Source of the DNA: a virus
Lineage: Duplodnaviria > Caudoviricetes
Direction: 5' to 3' (one strand)
DNA: 64,000 nucleotides
IMG/VR virus record: IMGVR_UViG_3300020037_009644
Location: 64,001-128,000 of that record
Shown here: positions 28,401 through 37,578 of the stretch, one piece after another
Numbering within the stretch: position 1 is the first letter of the stretch
Layout of the letters: every line of letters starts with the position of its first letter
Position numbers and translations under genes: made by a program
The notes under the pieces: generated by a model
Database searches by the model: none
What the model saw: the letters and a program-made list of their open reading frames with translations, nothing else
Told to the model about the DNA's origin: nothing

Positions 28401-31400
28401 AAAAGAGAAATTCTGTTTTTGTTGTTTTCTTTTCCAAAGTCAAAAATGTAGTGAAGATCATCGGCAAGAAATGAGAAACCGTCAAAAGAATATCCAGGAG
28501 AATATCCATCGAGCGGGTGGTACCCATCAATCGCTAGATAATCTGTATATCCATCCGGGGCAATTCCATCGTAGCCATCGATGTTGAGAATAAAATCAAT
28601 AGAAGATGTTCCTGATCGAAGAACGTCGAGCATCTCATTGAGACCTGGGATATATTTGACGTTGTAAACGTCTCCAGAAGAAGAAACTTTGCCAGAATAA
28701 ACGTGACCATTTAAAGAGTCGACTTCATCTTTGACATACAATTTCCAGCTATTAACGTCGACGTCGTAATAAATGAAGACGCCATAAAGAGCGGTGTAAA
28801 TTGCCGAAGGGACGCCGGAGGAAAGATCTTTTGTCAAATCGAAAGTGTTATTTATTGAATACTCTGGATTGGTTGACTCCGCTCCAATAAAGATATTAGA
28901 AGATGGGATTGTGCTTCCATCTCGCAAAAGATTTGAGAAAGTTAATGTTGCGTCGTTATCTAAGCCATTCCAATCTGGGATAATCCACGTTTCCAGGGAT
29001 CCCTCTTCGAGACGAAGATTAGAGGAAGCTGCAAGAGAGACGGTTTGATTTGATTCAGAAATATTAAGCCCGGAATTATATTTTCCAGATTGAAGTATAA
29101 GATCTCTGGTGGTCTCGATGGGATTGAAGCTGAGGTAGCTATAATTAAGTACCCAATGTTCAAAAATTGCCTCGATAAGCTCGGGCTCGATGTGAGTGAT
29201 ATTCTTGACCAAATTTTTTATCGAAGGAATTGTCGGTCCTTTGGTAAAACTCTGCAAAGCTCCCATCAGGGCGTCGCGATATCTTTCACGGGGAAGTTGG
29301 GGGTCAAAGTTATTGAGAATTGGGATATTGACAAGAGAGCCAAAGTTTCTCAACAAGCCGTCTCGAAGAGCGCCTATTTTATAGGAAACATAGTAATCCG
29401 TCCCTATGTCCAAAGAACGAAGAGCTTGATTAAATTGAATACAGTTGTCTCCAAATTCGTAGGAGATTAAAATTTGGTCAGTAACATAGGAGTAATCAAT
29501 CAGAAGGTCACCCTTGCTATAATCGACGACGGGTGTTCCAGCACCCGTCATTTGAAATGAATAATGAACGATGACCGAATCCCCGGGAGCAGGAGAGCCA
29601 GTCAGCCCAGATAAAGTAATTGTATAGCCAGAATATGAACCGTAACCATCCCAAAGCTCAACGTTGTCTGAGGTTCTGACAACGGAAGAAACTCCCGCAA
29701 GCTCAATGCCGTCACCGAGGTCTGTCAATTCGATATTCAATGGGCTCAAGATTATCTCTTGACTTTCCAAATTGATTGGAGACAAAGAGATGACGTTGGC
29801 AGAAAATGTTGCATTTTCTCCGAAGTCAAGAGGGGAGGTTGAGTTTGTTAAATTGAAGTGATCGAAGACTCCATGAATAGAAAAGACATCAGAGGTTACC
29901 GAAATTGTTTGATTGTCAACAATGTATGGAAGAGATGTATCTCCATTAAGAAATCTTTCATCCGATCTATTAAAGACGGATTGAGTCACCTCCTCATTGG
30001 TAAACTCTGAATATTCAATCGGAATAATGGTCGATGAATTGAGAGAATAATAAAGCTGATTAACTCCATAGATTTGGGAAAAGTTGGTAGTTATCGTTCC
30101 TTTTTTGTAACTGATCGACCCGAGATCGTAATCGGCATCGTTGCTGATGGCAACGTAAATTATTCCATCTGAATAATTAATCAAATATTGCCCAATTGAG
30201 GCGAGGCGATTGATATTTTGGTCTTCGGTTTCGGTTTGTCCGTCAAAGTATATCTCGGTCTCAAAAATATCGGTGTTCGAAAAATAACACGAGCTATTAA
30301 AAGAAGAGCCGATTGATTCTTCGGTTGATCCTTGAATGTAAGAGTTATTGAGAAAAGCTTTGAATACCCTAATCGAACTGGCATTAACAACCTCTTCGGT
30401 CACCAAAATTGTTTCGTTGGTCACCTGGGAATATGAAGCCCTCTCTTGCAGTTGGGTCGTTACTGTCGGGGGATTGTTGCCGGTAAAAAAGACCTTGTTC
30501 CCGCGCCAACCATCAATGCGATAAATTTCTCCGGATGTTTCGTTGTAAATTCTGAAGACGTCGGTAACCGGACCGTTGGAAACTTGAAGCGAATTGGTTG
30601 AAGAAATTTTATTCCCAACACGTTCGTTAAGAACCTCGGTGTGAATTTGAGGAACGTAATCGACTCCAGAGACGAGGACTCTTTCATAATCAAAGGTAAT
30701 CGAAGCCTCTTCTCCTTCGAGATCACGCAAGGGAGATCGAACGAGTTCTTGAGAGCTTGAATCGTAGGTGTAATCTAGATTTTCGGAAAAATATTTACGA
30801 TAGAAATAACTCGCTGCCGGAGGGAAGTTACCGGTGCCATTGTTTTGTGTTTCGCCGTAGACAAAAACCGTCCCGGTCGAATAGTCAATTGAGAATTCTC
30901 CAGGAAAAGAAGGAAGACCATCAATTCTAAAAGCAATTTCTTTTACAAAAGCTGGGTGGGCTTCAGAAAATGGTGGATCGGCTAGCGGGTCTAGAAAAGA
31001 GACACCATCGGAAGAAACTTCGACATCATTTTGATCGACAACTGGATAGTGTCGAAGAGAAAATTTGGTTAAAATTGGAGGTGTTACTTCGCGGATGATC
31101 TCAAGAACCTGAGACACTTCGACAGAATCTGGATCGATTAGTTTGCCAAGGTTTTTATATTCGTAGTCGATGTAGATGAGGTCTCCAGGTCGTGGGATTG
31201 CAAAATCTGAATCTTCAAGGACCGCGCCGGAGAGACGAATTTGATTCAGCTCCAGCGTCTGATAAACAGAGGCTAGATCTGGATCGTATCGATCTGTTTT
31301 TAACTGATAGCCGTATTGAGCTGGGTCATAGTTAAAAGAGTTTCCATTACCATAAACGATTAAAATTCTAGAAACTTTGATAACCTGAGAATATTTAACG

Positions 31401-32131
31401 GAAAGGATCAATCCCTCGAAAGTGCCTCCGGAATCAGTTAATCCGCCAGAAATTAACAATTCATTATCAATTGAAGACGCCTGGAGAGAAACTGGATAGC
31501 TAGGAAAGGAATCAAAGGATTTAAAGTCTGAAATTTTCTTGCCATCTAGAGATGTAGAAACTCGAATAATTTCATAAGCCCCCTCTTCATTCAACCGATC
31601 CCAAGGACCAGCCGATCTTGTTTTCTTTTCATTTTCAACAACCAGGGAGAGGTAATTGTCATTTTTAAGCTGTTGAATATCGTAAGAAGCTCGGGCGATT
31701 TCTGTTGCTTGAGAGTTGAGAATGTCGTTGATCAGCGGATCTCCCAAGTTGTAAATATTGTCTTGCAAATATTGAGAGAGAGATTTTTTAACTTCATTTT
31801 CTGGATCGATTGGTCCAAAAATTAGCTTGGAATTATTTATTCCATCTTCTAAAAGAAAGGCAACTCCATTTTTTGATTTGAAGCGGACAGAATCGGTAGA
31901 TTGAAAAATGACATTGTAAGCTGCCGAAGGAACCAACGATTGACAGGTTATTCTGAGAAATTGATCCTTAATCGATGTTTTTAATGGAAGAGAGCTTGTA
32001 ATTCCAGAATTATCGTTTGCTTCGATAGCGATGTTTCCCGTTCCAATCAAAGAATCCAAGGGATAATTAAATTGAACCAAAATCTGAACGCTAGATATAG
32101 CTTGAATAGAAATAATACGAAGAATAGCCAT
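25490..32131 (-). CDS. Giant baseplate wedge protein (gp7/gpI-like) with LamG/ConA-like domains
   Basis: Follows the J-like gene. YRDAL...KGPTIPSIK and terminal LIDILKPA fit wedge proteins. LamG motifs: GSLETWI, HHIGISW, LFVDG, GILDELRI, GTIEFWI, WHRIMVTF. Confidence 0.78.
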   Translation of the reverse strand: MAILRIISIQAISSVQILVQFNYPLDSLIGTGNIAIEANDNSGITSSLPLKTSIKDQFLRITCQSLVPSAAYNVIFQSTDSVRFKSKNGVAFLLEDGINNSKLIFGPIDPENEVKKSLSQYLQDNIYNLGDPLINDILNSQATEIARASYDIQQLKNDNYLSLVVENEKKTRSAGPWDRLNEEGAYEIIRVSTSLDGKKISDFKSFDSFPSYPVSLQASSIDNELLISGGLTDSGGTFEGLILSVKYSQVIKVSRILIVYGNGNSFNYDPAQYGYQLKTDRYDPDLASVYQTLELNQIRLSGAVLEDSDFAIPRPGDLIYIDYEYKNLGKLIDPDSVEVSQVLEIIREVTPPILTKFSLRHYPVVDQNDVEVSSDGVSFLDPLADPPFSEAHPAFVKEIAFRIDGLPSFPGEFSIDYSTGTVFVYGETQNNGTGNFPPAASYFYRKYFSENLDYTYDSSSQELVRSPLRDLEGEEASITFDYERVLVSGVDYVPQIHTEVLNERVGNKISSTNSLQVSNGPVTDVFRIYNETSGEIYRIDGWRGNKVFFTGNNPPTVTTQLQERASYSQVTNETILVTEEVVNASSIRVFKAFLNNSYIQGSTEESIGSSFNSSCYFSNTDIFETEIYFDGQTETEDQNINRLASIGQYLINYSDGIIYVAISNDADYDLGSISYKKGTITTNFSQIYGVNQLYYSLNSSTIIPIEYSEFTNEEVTQSVFNRSDERFLNGDTSLPYIVDNQTISVTSDVFSIHGVFDHFNLTNSTSPLDFGENATFSANVISLSPINLESQEIILSPLNIELTDLGDGIELAGVSSVVRTSDNVELWDGYGSYSGYTITLSGLTGSPAPGDSVIVHYSFQMTGAGTPVVDYSKGDLLIDYSYVTDQILISYEFGDNCIQFNQALRSLDIGTDYYVSYKIGALRDGLLRNFGSLVNIPILNNFDPQLPRERYRDALMGALQSFTKGPTIPSIKNLVKNITHIEPELIEAIFEHWVLNYSYLSFNPIETTRDLILQSGKYNSGLNISESNQTVSLAASSNLRLEEGSLETWIIPDWNGLDNDATLTFSNLLRDGSTIPSSNIFIGAESTNPEYSINNTFDLTKDLSSGVPSAIYTALYGVFIYYDVDVNSWKLYVKDEVDSLNGHVYSGKVSSSGDVYNVKYIPGLNEMLDVLRSGTSSIDFILNIDGYDGIAPDGYTDYLAIDGYHPLDGYSPGYSFDGFSFLADDLHYIFDFGKENNKNRISLFKDGSGYLCFSIYDNQGALRQISKDVSDWLAGEKHHIGISWKLSSSDLRDEMHLFVDGFEVPNILKYGGRPISSSSDRFRTIKPEYVVGTVPKNVINGADMHLAAGSSIIYSDSVNFTTGGIVGGDLVEFPELGLGSYTISSVSGNQLTLSSIIPLSFDNAKFTVNAYSVVVSSQLAFYKNIVVSVLRDGVETELAGLRADLPDYSIDKNALNQDVLTILGDALVGDTILVRTLGLNHRRIRERQFVYGSSSSIIKTQLPAPINLSEVNIYSVLLPLVPIGPDNATFGSGVFTANNLTTYQPSNGTQGRTLSVRVTSSNTDFTTPVSVTINGSTTETLLFSSAGIKNTVNKFSSISDVDVIVTPYYSTANATSVEIKEAYSLMYSEGNNDYPILRYSTQVSSGYGTLSGVGDLLTDSSGSFVDSDLNQYIVISSPGPAVGTYSIVERIDEHTVRVSSPTPPDFSSGIYKLYHTSLGNAGFVNGFFTLETAGEIAVPYLLPEAFYEFDYSSYLSLPFDPFENEKIFIGSSRNGDKQVKGILDELRILNKKMTDVRIGEPASIDGMSFTEDSIRISPFKKNKNTLVLLHFDSLPLENDADLWISGDRDFIQTSASVNSNFEKALLITEKPYVIDNAGILPLNHSGTIEFWISPRYDVPNDPTLRYYFDAYGATVEETVSLTRNTIKTSGRISEIVSIKVANSDKDISGDATIRSDSRTVQLKQSLPYQNTPVVISYIPTGVSGNRFSIYKDPYGFISLSVIVDDQEFKISQYVSWARQTWHRIMVTFDFNNRDNEDQIRMFIDGEEGGTIKFGQGFKFGQGLVFGQRGGDSPLTSDINFADSINQLFLGGDYLGKHTAYASFDNVKFSNIAKSPALVAGQSKDLNFNSNIDVVLPAIEDLYTTKIINFDTEIVKKKDFAILHDEAYGIFNFTLNVIDSFGYVSGNAQVKQILETLIDILKPAVSKAKINYYS

Positions 32132-32162
32132 AATTAGATGCGATCTTTAGGAGAGAATTTAA

Positions 32163-35100
32163 TTATCGTGATTCAATATAGACCAAGACATTATTGGCTG
32201 CTATTGATTGATCTTTTCGAACAGAGATGCTGAGAACTGATCCGACCGAACCGTTGACGTTAAAATAGGTAGTTCGAACACGATCGACGCCATTGACCGA
32301 GTAAGAAACGTTTTCAAGATCGGAAGAATCGACGGTTGCCCCGAGAGTTCTAACGTTAAGCGCAGAAGAAACAGCGTCGATGACATTTTGACGGACGGTT
32401 GCCGAAGAGTTGATCATTTCTGGAGTCACAATAATATACAATGTCACGTCGACCAGAATTACTGTATCTTCTTTGACTATAACGTCGGCGTTGACCGGTC
32501 GGACATCTTCGATTAGTAATGTTGAGTCCGAAATCATTTTATTGTAGTTGAAGGTAACCGTAATTCTTTCGTTGACCTTGGGGGCGAGATAATCGTAGTA
32601 AGTTTTATATCTTGATTTGGTAACCGGTTGATTGAAATTAGATATTGTTAAGATGGCTCCCGCAGAGGTGCTTGAGGTAAATCCGCTTGAAATTGCGATA
32701 GTGTCAACTAAAAGATAAGTTTTATTGGTAACTTGTGTGCCAGATTTTGTAAAAGAGATGAGTTCGGTATCCGAAGAGGTCGTCAGATAAAAACGAACTC
32801 GAAGCCGATCTCCAATTTGTGGTAAATTATCGTTGTTATCTACGGTATCTGGAAGAGAGACTTGCATTCTAGTAAGAGAAAGATCAACGATCGCCTCATC
32901 TTTGACGAAAGAATTATCAAGAATTTTGTAACCCAGGATATCGTAATCATGAACAATATTCAAAACGTTTAGATTGTTATCGGTCGTGACTTTTTCCATT
33001 TTAACCAGACGACCAATCTTAACGTTAGACGAGATTGAGGCAATCGAAGAGAGTTTCAAAAACTTCCTTGCTGCCGAGGAAAGATCTTGAGTCAAACCGT
33101 TAGCAGAGGCTGTAAAAACGATATCTTCGGCATAGGAGATTGAGGTTCCGGTTACCGCAAAGATTCCGCCAGACTCGGTGATCGAGTTTAATCCGCTGAG
33201 ATTTAATGACAGCTTGCTGGGAGCCATTCTTAAATTTTGAACAATTGAGTCTTCTGAAAAAAGATGCGACGTCGGCTGATTGCCAACTTGCGAAGAAGAA
33301 TTGGTCGCAAAATAATTACCAGATCGAAGAGCCGGCAGGTTGGAAAGAAGAGTTGCCGGAAGAAGAGAGCTGACGTTGGCAAAATAGTTAACTTCGACCA
33401 CGGTTCCAAAGACGGCTGTCGACGATGGTGTTACCGAGATGACGTTAGAATTAAAATTCCCGGGGGAATCTGTATTGTAGACATCCTCGGCATTGTAAAA
33501 AACAGTCACCCCGTCTCCAACCTGAGCGATGGTGTCGGTTGGAAGATAGATAGCCAGCCCGTTGAAATTTCCGTCGTTGTTGATCGTGTTCCAAAGCTCC
33601 GCTCCATCAGAAGATCTTTTGATCGAGATGACGTTGGTAACAGCCGAAGCAACGACACAAGAAATTCTCGATGAAAGAATGGTTATGGTACTCGCTTCTT
33701 CCAAAAAGACGTTGACCGAGACGACGGCGGAAATTGGGTGGGTAACCGTTGCCGTTAAATAGCTTCCGGACGTTGCCAAAGAACTTTCCTCTCGACGAAC
33801 GGCGTTAGAGTATCCCCAATCCAAAGAGTCGGTAACACTTCTAATATTGAAAGAATATTCTTTGTTATCAAAGTCGAAGTAGGGATCGTAGCTATAAACC
33901 CAGGTATAATCTACCTGAAGTTTATCGGAAACAGCCGGGAGAGTAGATCCGGTAATCAGTATTCTTCCGGTTAGATTGATACTGCCCGAGCCGTCCGGAT
34001 TTTGATTAGAAACAACATATCTTTCTCCGGTGGTAACGTTGAAGACCCGGGTAACTGACGCAGAGGGGAAGTGTTTAAGCTGAATAGATGTTCTATTGGC
34101 TGGAGAGACGGTTGAGTTCTCGTTGGTTACGGCAATGTTCTGAATAACCTTGCCAATTTTAGAAACATCTGAGTAGGTTAAAGTATCTTGACCGTTAAAT
34201 GAGATCTTGGACTTATCTTCTGGAAAATCGGAAATGTGATCGTTGATCCAGGTCAACTTGTCAAAACCCCAGGGAGACCCTTTGTAAGCTCCGGTATCTT
34301 TGACAAGTTTGTAATTTCCGGAGACGCGACCGAGAGAATCAATAGAATACGGCTTGAAATTAGCTCCGGATCCTGAACCGACAACGGAGACCAAGTTATT
34401 AACCGGTTGAGCTGGAAGAGTTTTATTTTCGAGATTAGAAATTCTTTTTAAGGTAACCGTTTTATTGGAGTCGCCAGCAATTTGACCAAGAACAAAATCA
34501 TTGGCAGAATTTGTTGGATCGTCTTTATTGGATTTGTCCTGATAGATAAAGGTGTCAACAGATTCCTGCAATCTTCTTCCAAAAACAACGATATCAGCTT
34601 TTCCGCCTGTTCCTTCTGAAAGAATTGTTGGGGTTTCAGTTATCTTGGTAACCGTCGAGACCTGAGTTCCGTCTCGGGTCATCAATGGATCTCCCGGCGT
34701 AATAACGACCGATGTAATTACTCCGGGATCATTCTCAACGGTGTTTTTGTATCCGAGGGCTGTTCCGGTATTGGCTCCTGAGAAAATGGCGAGAAGCCTA
34801 TTCTTAAACGAAGCATCCGATTCGGCATTTTTACCACCGCCAAAAGGTTTGACGTTGGTAATATGAGCAATCCCAGCAATTGTCGTCGAAGACAGGTTGT
34901 ACTTCGAAATGTTAGCCTGTTCTCCGGGGGAAGTGGCTTCGGTGAGAATTTCGACGGCGTAGGTGTCTGAATTGTTGAGGTAGTCGAGGTCGGCTCGGTA
35001 CTTTGCGACCGTGGCTTTGTAAGAACTTTCGAGAACCGGAGAGATGACCAGGTTGTTGACGGCGGAGAATGTTGCCCCATTTCTAGCAGAGAAAAGATCG

Positions 35101-35417
35101 CCCTTACGAACTCCAAGATCAGCTTCCAAAGAATTGAAGGTCAGTAATGCTGCTCCAGTTGCTTTGGCTCCTCGCTGACGGAGGGCTCCGATGTTAGTTG
35201 CCCACTTGTCAATGTCTGAACCGATGGAAAGTCGAAGAGACTGTTTTCTCGAGTTATCGTTGATGACCGAATAGAGTTTCTGCAACTCATAAGAAACTCC
35301 TTCGACGAAGAGATCTCGCGAGACAGCTCCCGGCTGCAACGTCAGAAGTGGCTGATGTTGTTTAAAATATGAAAGAAGTCCTTGGACTATGTCTGAATAA
35401 GAGCGAATTTTAGCCAT
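32163..35417 (-). CDS. Baseplate J-like (gp6) wedge protein
   Basis: PGAVSRDLFVE, IDKWATNIG...R, GGKNAESDASFKNR, C-terminal SDL...VNGVDRV. Confidence 0.9.
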   Translation of the reverse strand: MAKIRSYSDIVQGLLSYFKQHQPLLTLQPGAVSRDLFVEGVSYELQKLYSVINDNSRKQSLRLSIGSDIDKWATNIGALRQRGAKATGAALLTFNSLEADLGVRKGDLFSARNGATFSAVNNLVISPVLESSYKATVAKYRADLDYLNNSDTYAVEILTEATSPGEQANISKYNLSSTTIAGIAHITNVKPFGGGKNAESDASFKNRLLAIFSGANTGTALGYKNTVENDPGVITSVVITPGDPLMTRDGTQVSTVTKITETPTILSEGTGGKADIVVFGRRLQESVDTFIYQDKSNKDDPTNSANDFVLGQIAGDSNKTVTLKRISNLENKTLPAQPVNNLVSVVGSGSGANFKPYSIDSLGRVSGNYKLVKDTGAYKGSPWGFDKLTWINDHISDFPEDKSKISFNGQDTLTYSDVSKIGKVIQNIAVTNENSTVSPANRTSIQLKHFPSASVTRVFNVTTGERYVVSNQNPDGSGSINLTGRILITGSTLPAVSDKLQVDYTWVYSYDPYFDFDNKEYSFNIRSVTDSLDWGYSNAVRREESSLATSGSYLTATVTHPISAVVSVNVFLEEASTITILSSRISCVVASAVTNVISIKRSSDGAELWNTINNDGNFNGLAIYLPTDTIAQVGDGVTVFYNAEDVYNTDSPGNFNSNVISVTPSSTAVFGTVVEVNYFANVSSLLPATLLSNLPALRSGNYFATNSSSQVGNQPTSHLFSEDSIVQNLRMAPSKLSLNLSGLNSITESGGIFAVTGTSISYAEDIVFTASANGLTQDLSSAARKFLKLSSIASISSNVKIGRLVKMEKVTTDNNLNVLNIVHDYDILGYKILDNSFVKDEAIVDLSLTRMQVSLPDTVDNNDNLPQIGDRLRVRFYLTTSSDTELISFTKSGTQVTNKTYLLVDTIAISSGFTSSTSAGAILTISNFNQPVTKSRYKTYYDYLAPKVNERITVTFNYNKMISDSTLLIEDVRPVNADVIVKEDTVILVDVTLYIIVTPEMINSSATVRQNVIDAVSSALNVRTLGATVDSSDLENVSYSVNGVDRVRTTYFNVNGSVGSVLSISVRKDQSIAANNVLVYIESR

Positions 35418-35446
35418 TTCAGTTAAATAAGAAAATAGTGGTTGAA

Positions 35447-35872
35447 TTATTCAACGTTAACCACCGTATCTGTGGTCTGAAGAGCTTTGTTGGCAATCGA
35501 AATCATAGCTTGTAAAAACCTGGGATCGAGTGAGTTTTCGTTGACGATGACCGTTCGAATAGCAGCAAGCTGCTCTTGAGGTGAAAGAACCTGATTTTTC
35601 TCTTGTTCAGACTGAATTTTTTGAAGGGTTTGTAGGGCAGATCGGATTTGAGACTCCGCCATGGTTGCTCTAAATGTAAAATCAAGAAGAGACCCTACTA
35701 CCGCGATAGCATTACATCCGTACCAAGGAAAAAATCGATTGGCTCCCAAGGGCGTCGAGACAATCTTATGAATATCTTGGATTAATTTATCAACATCGGA
35801 GACGGTAGATAAATCTCCGGCTGTTTCTTTGATAACAAGTGTTCCTTGACTTACCCTAAGATCGAAGCTCAT
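35447..35872 (-). CDS. Baseplate gp25/gpW-like sheath initiator
   Basis: KLIQDIHKIVSTPLGANRFFPWYG, DPR. Position upstream of J. Confidence 0.82.
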   Translation of the reverse strand: MSFDLRVSQGTLVIKETAGDLSTVSDVDKLIQDIHKIVSTPLGANRFFPWYGCNAIAVVGSLLDFTFRATMAESQIRSALQTLQKIQSEQEKNQVLSPQEQLAAIRTVIVNENSLDPRFLQAMISIANKALQTTDTVVNVE

Positions 35873-37572
35873 TGTTGAATTGATAATCCGTTAACAAAGA
35901 AAATGGATGGGTTGCGATAGTAAAGATCGGCGAAGGTAAAAATTTCGGAGATCTTTTTTTCGAGAGTAGAAATGGCGTCCAAAATTGGAACAGCAGCCTC
36001 CCCTATAGTAATGCGATTTTGTACCTCTGGAACGTCCTTAAATGTTGGATTATAAGAGACCATTCTAACAAAGCTTTCTTGATCCAAAAAAGATATAAGG
36101 GTATCTAGATTTAATCCCCAAATTGCCGAGTAGATAGCAAGAACATCCACCAATCCGAGACCAGAAACCTCTCCTTTAATTTGTTCAATTGTTTTTAGCG
36201 CATTGAGACCATCGTTGACCAATTTATTTTTTTTGTTGGTCAGCTCGGAAATTTGTTCGATCAACGTTGTGTTTTTTTCGGAAAAATTGTTTTGAGCAAA
36301 CGGGGAGGCAAAGGATCCGAGAGATTGGAAATCTTGAATTTGACGATCGGCATTGAGTTTTTTGATTTTGAGCTCGGCAATTTGGGTATCCAGGGTGCTT
36401 GAAGAAGTTTTAAACCCAGCCCGACAAGAGCCTCCCAGGGATCCGGTGATTGGTCCGTCTGGTCCAAAGTTTGGAATGAAGTTTATTTGACTTTTAACAT
36501 AATCGACTGTTGAACAAGCAACATTTAATTGTTTGATGCAAATTTTGATACTTCGAAGAAGTTTGGAAAGATTGGTCACCTGCACAGATGTTATCTTAGA
36601 AACCATATCTTGAACCGAAGAAGAGATCCCCTGAGAATCTGAGTTAACGCTAATCAAAGCGACCAGGGCGGTAATATCTCCATCAGAGGTAGCTAAGTTT
36701 TGAGGACTTTGCTCGAGTGTATTAGAAACAGATTTTAGAAAGTTGACGTCGGGAGTCGTATCCATCAAACGTTGTCTGATAATAAGCTCAATCCCGGGTC
36801 GTAGAAGAGTTACGCTATTACTAATTTTGCAAGCCTTGCCGTCCTTAAGAAAAGGAATGCAGACCTTGAAAGAGTCGGGGGTTACCGTATTATCCAAACG
36901 GTAATCAACCATGAGAGGCTTGATTAGGTGTTGGACCGTCTTAAAATCCTCGCCTGCCTTTTTAATGTCGGCTGCGTTGTTCGGATTATTATCTGAAAGA
37001 TTTCTAGCCTGTTCGACTCGATCGTTTACAGAAAAGCTTTGCAGATCGGTCTCTTCTGGAGCGAGATCGTCTGTCAACATTTTAAATGGTGGAACGTTGC
37101 GAAGAAATAATCCGTAAAGAGAAGATGAGAGATCTTGTTTGCTGAAAACCTGGGATGTCTCCCTTACTCTTCTTTCACGAAGGGTCATGGCGTTTTGAAG
37201 ATCCTTAAGAGACGTCGTGATCGAGTTGGCAATTTGAAACCTAGACTGACCATTAGAAACAGGAAATCCGGGGTTGTAAAAACCGTTTGCTCCAACGACA
37301 GGCAAACCAATCATTCGATAAAAGGCGTGGCATCTGCTCTCCATTGATTTATTGGTCACCTCAATATTTTTGAAATCAGAGACCAAAGAAGATTCTGCCG
37401 TCGAGTTATTATTTCCAGATGGCGTTGATAAGACAGGTGCAGCCTTGGATCGAAGAGCATCAATAGGAGTTACATATGTTTGAAAGAGTTCATCGATCGA
37501 ATGCTCGAGATCTTGAAGCTCATCGTTGGGATCGATTGATGAAAGATTGGGAAGAAGAACGGAATCAACCAC
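35869..37572 (-). CDS. Hypothetical baseplate-module protein (567 aa)
   Basis: GTG start, helical/coiled-coil segments, within the baseplate operon. Confidence 0.7.
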   Translation of the reverse strand: MVDSVLLPNLSSIDPNDELQDLEHSIDELFQTYVTPIDALRSKAAPVLSTPSGNNNSTAESSLVSDFKNIEVTNKSMESRCHAFYRMIGLPVVGANGFYNPGFPVSNGQSRFQIANSITTSLKDLQNAMTLRERRVRETSQVFSKQDLSSSLYGLFLRNVPPFKMLTDDLAPEETDLQSFSVNDRVEQARNLSDNNPNNAADIKKAGEDFKTVQHLIKPLMVDYRLDNTVTPDSFKVCIPFLKDGKACKISNSVTLLRPGIELIIRQRLMDTTPDVNFLKSVSNTLEQSPQNLATSDGDITALVALISVNSDSQGISSSVQDMVSKITSVQVTNLSKLLRSIKICIKQLNVACSTVDYVKSQINFIPNFGPDGPITGSLGGSCRAGFKTSSSTLDTQIAELKIKKLNADRQIQDFQSLGSFASPFAQNNFSEKNTTLIEQISELTNKKNKLVNDGLNALKTIEQIKGEVSGLGLVDVLAIYSAIWGLNLDTLISFLDQESFVRMVSYNPTFKDVPEVQNRITIGEAAVPILDAISTLEKKISEIFTFADLYYRNPSIFFVNGLSIQQ

Positions 37573-37578
37573 CTGTTA

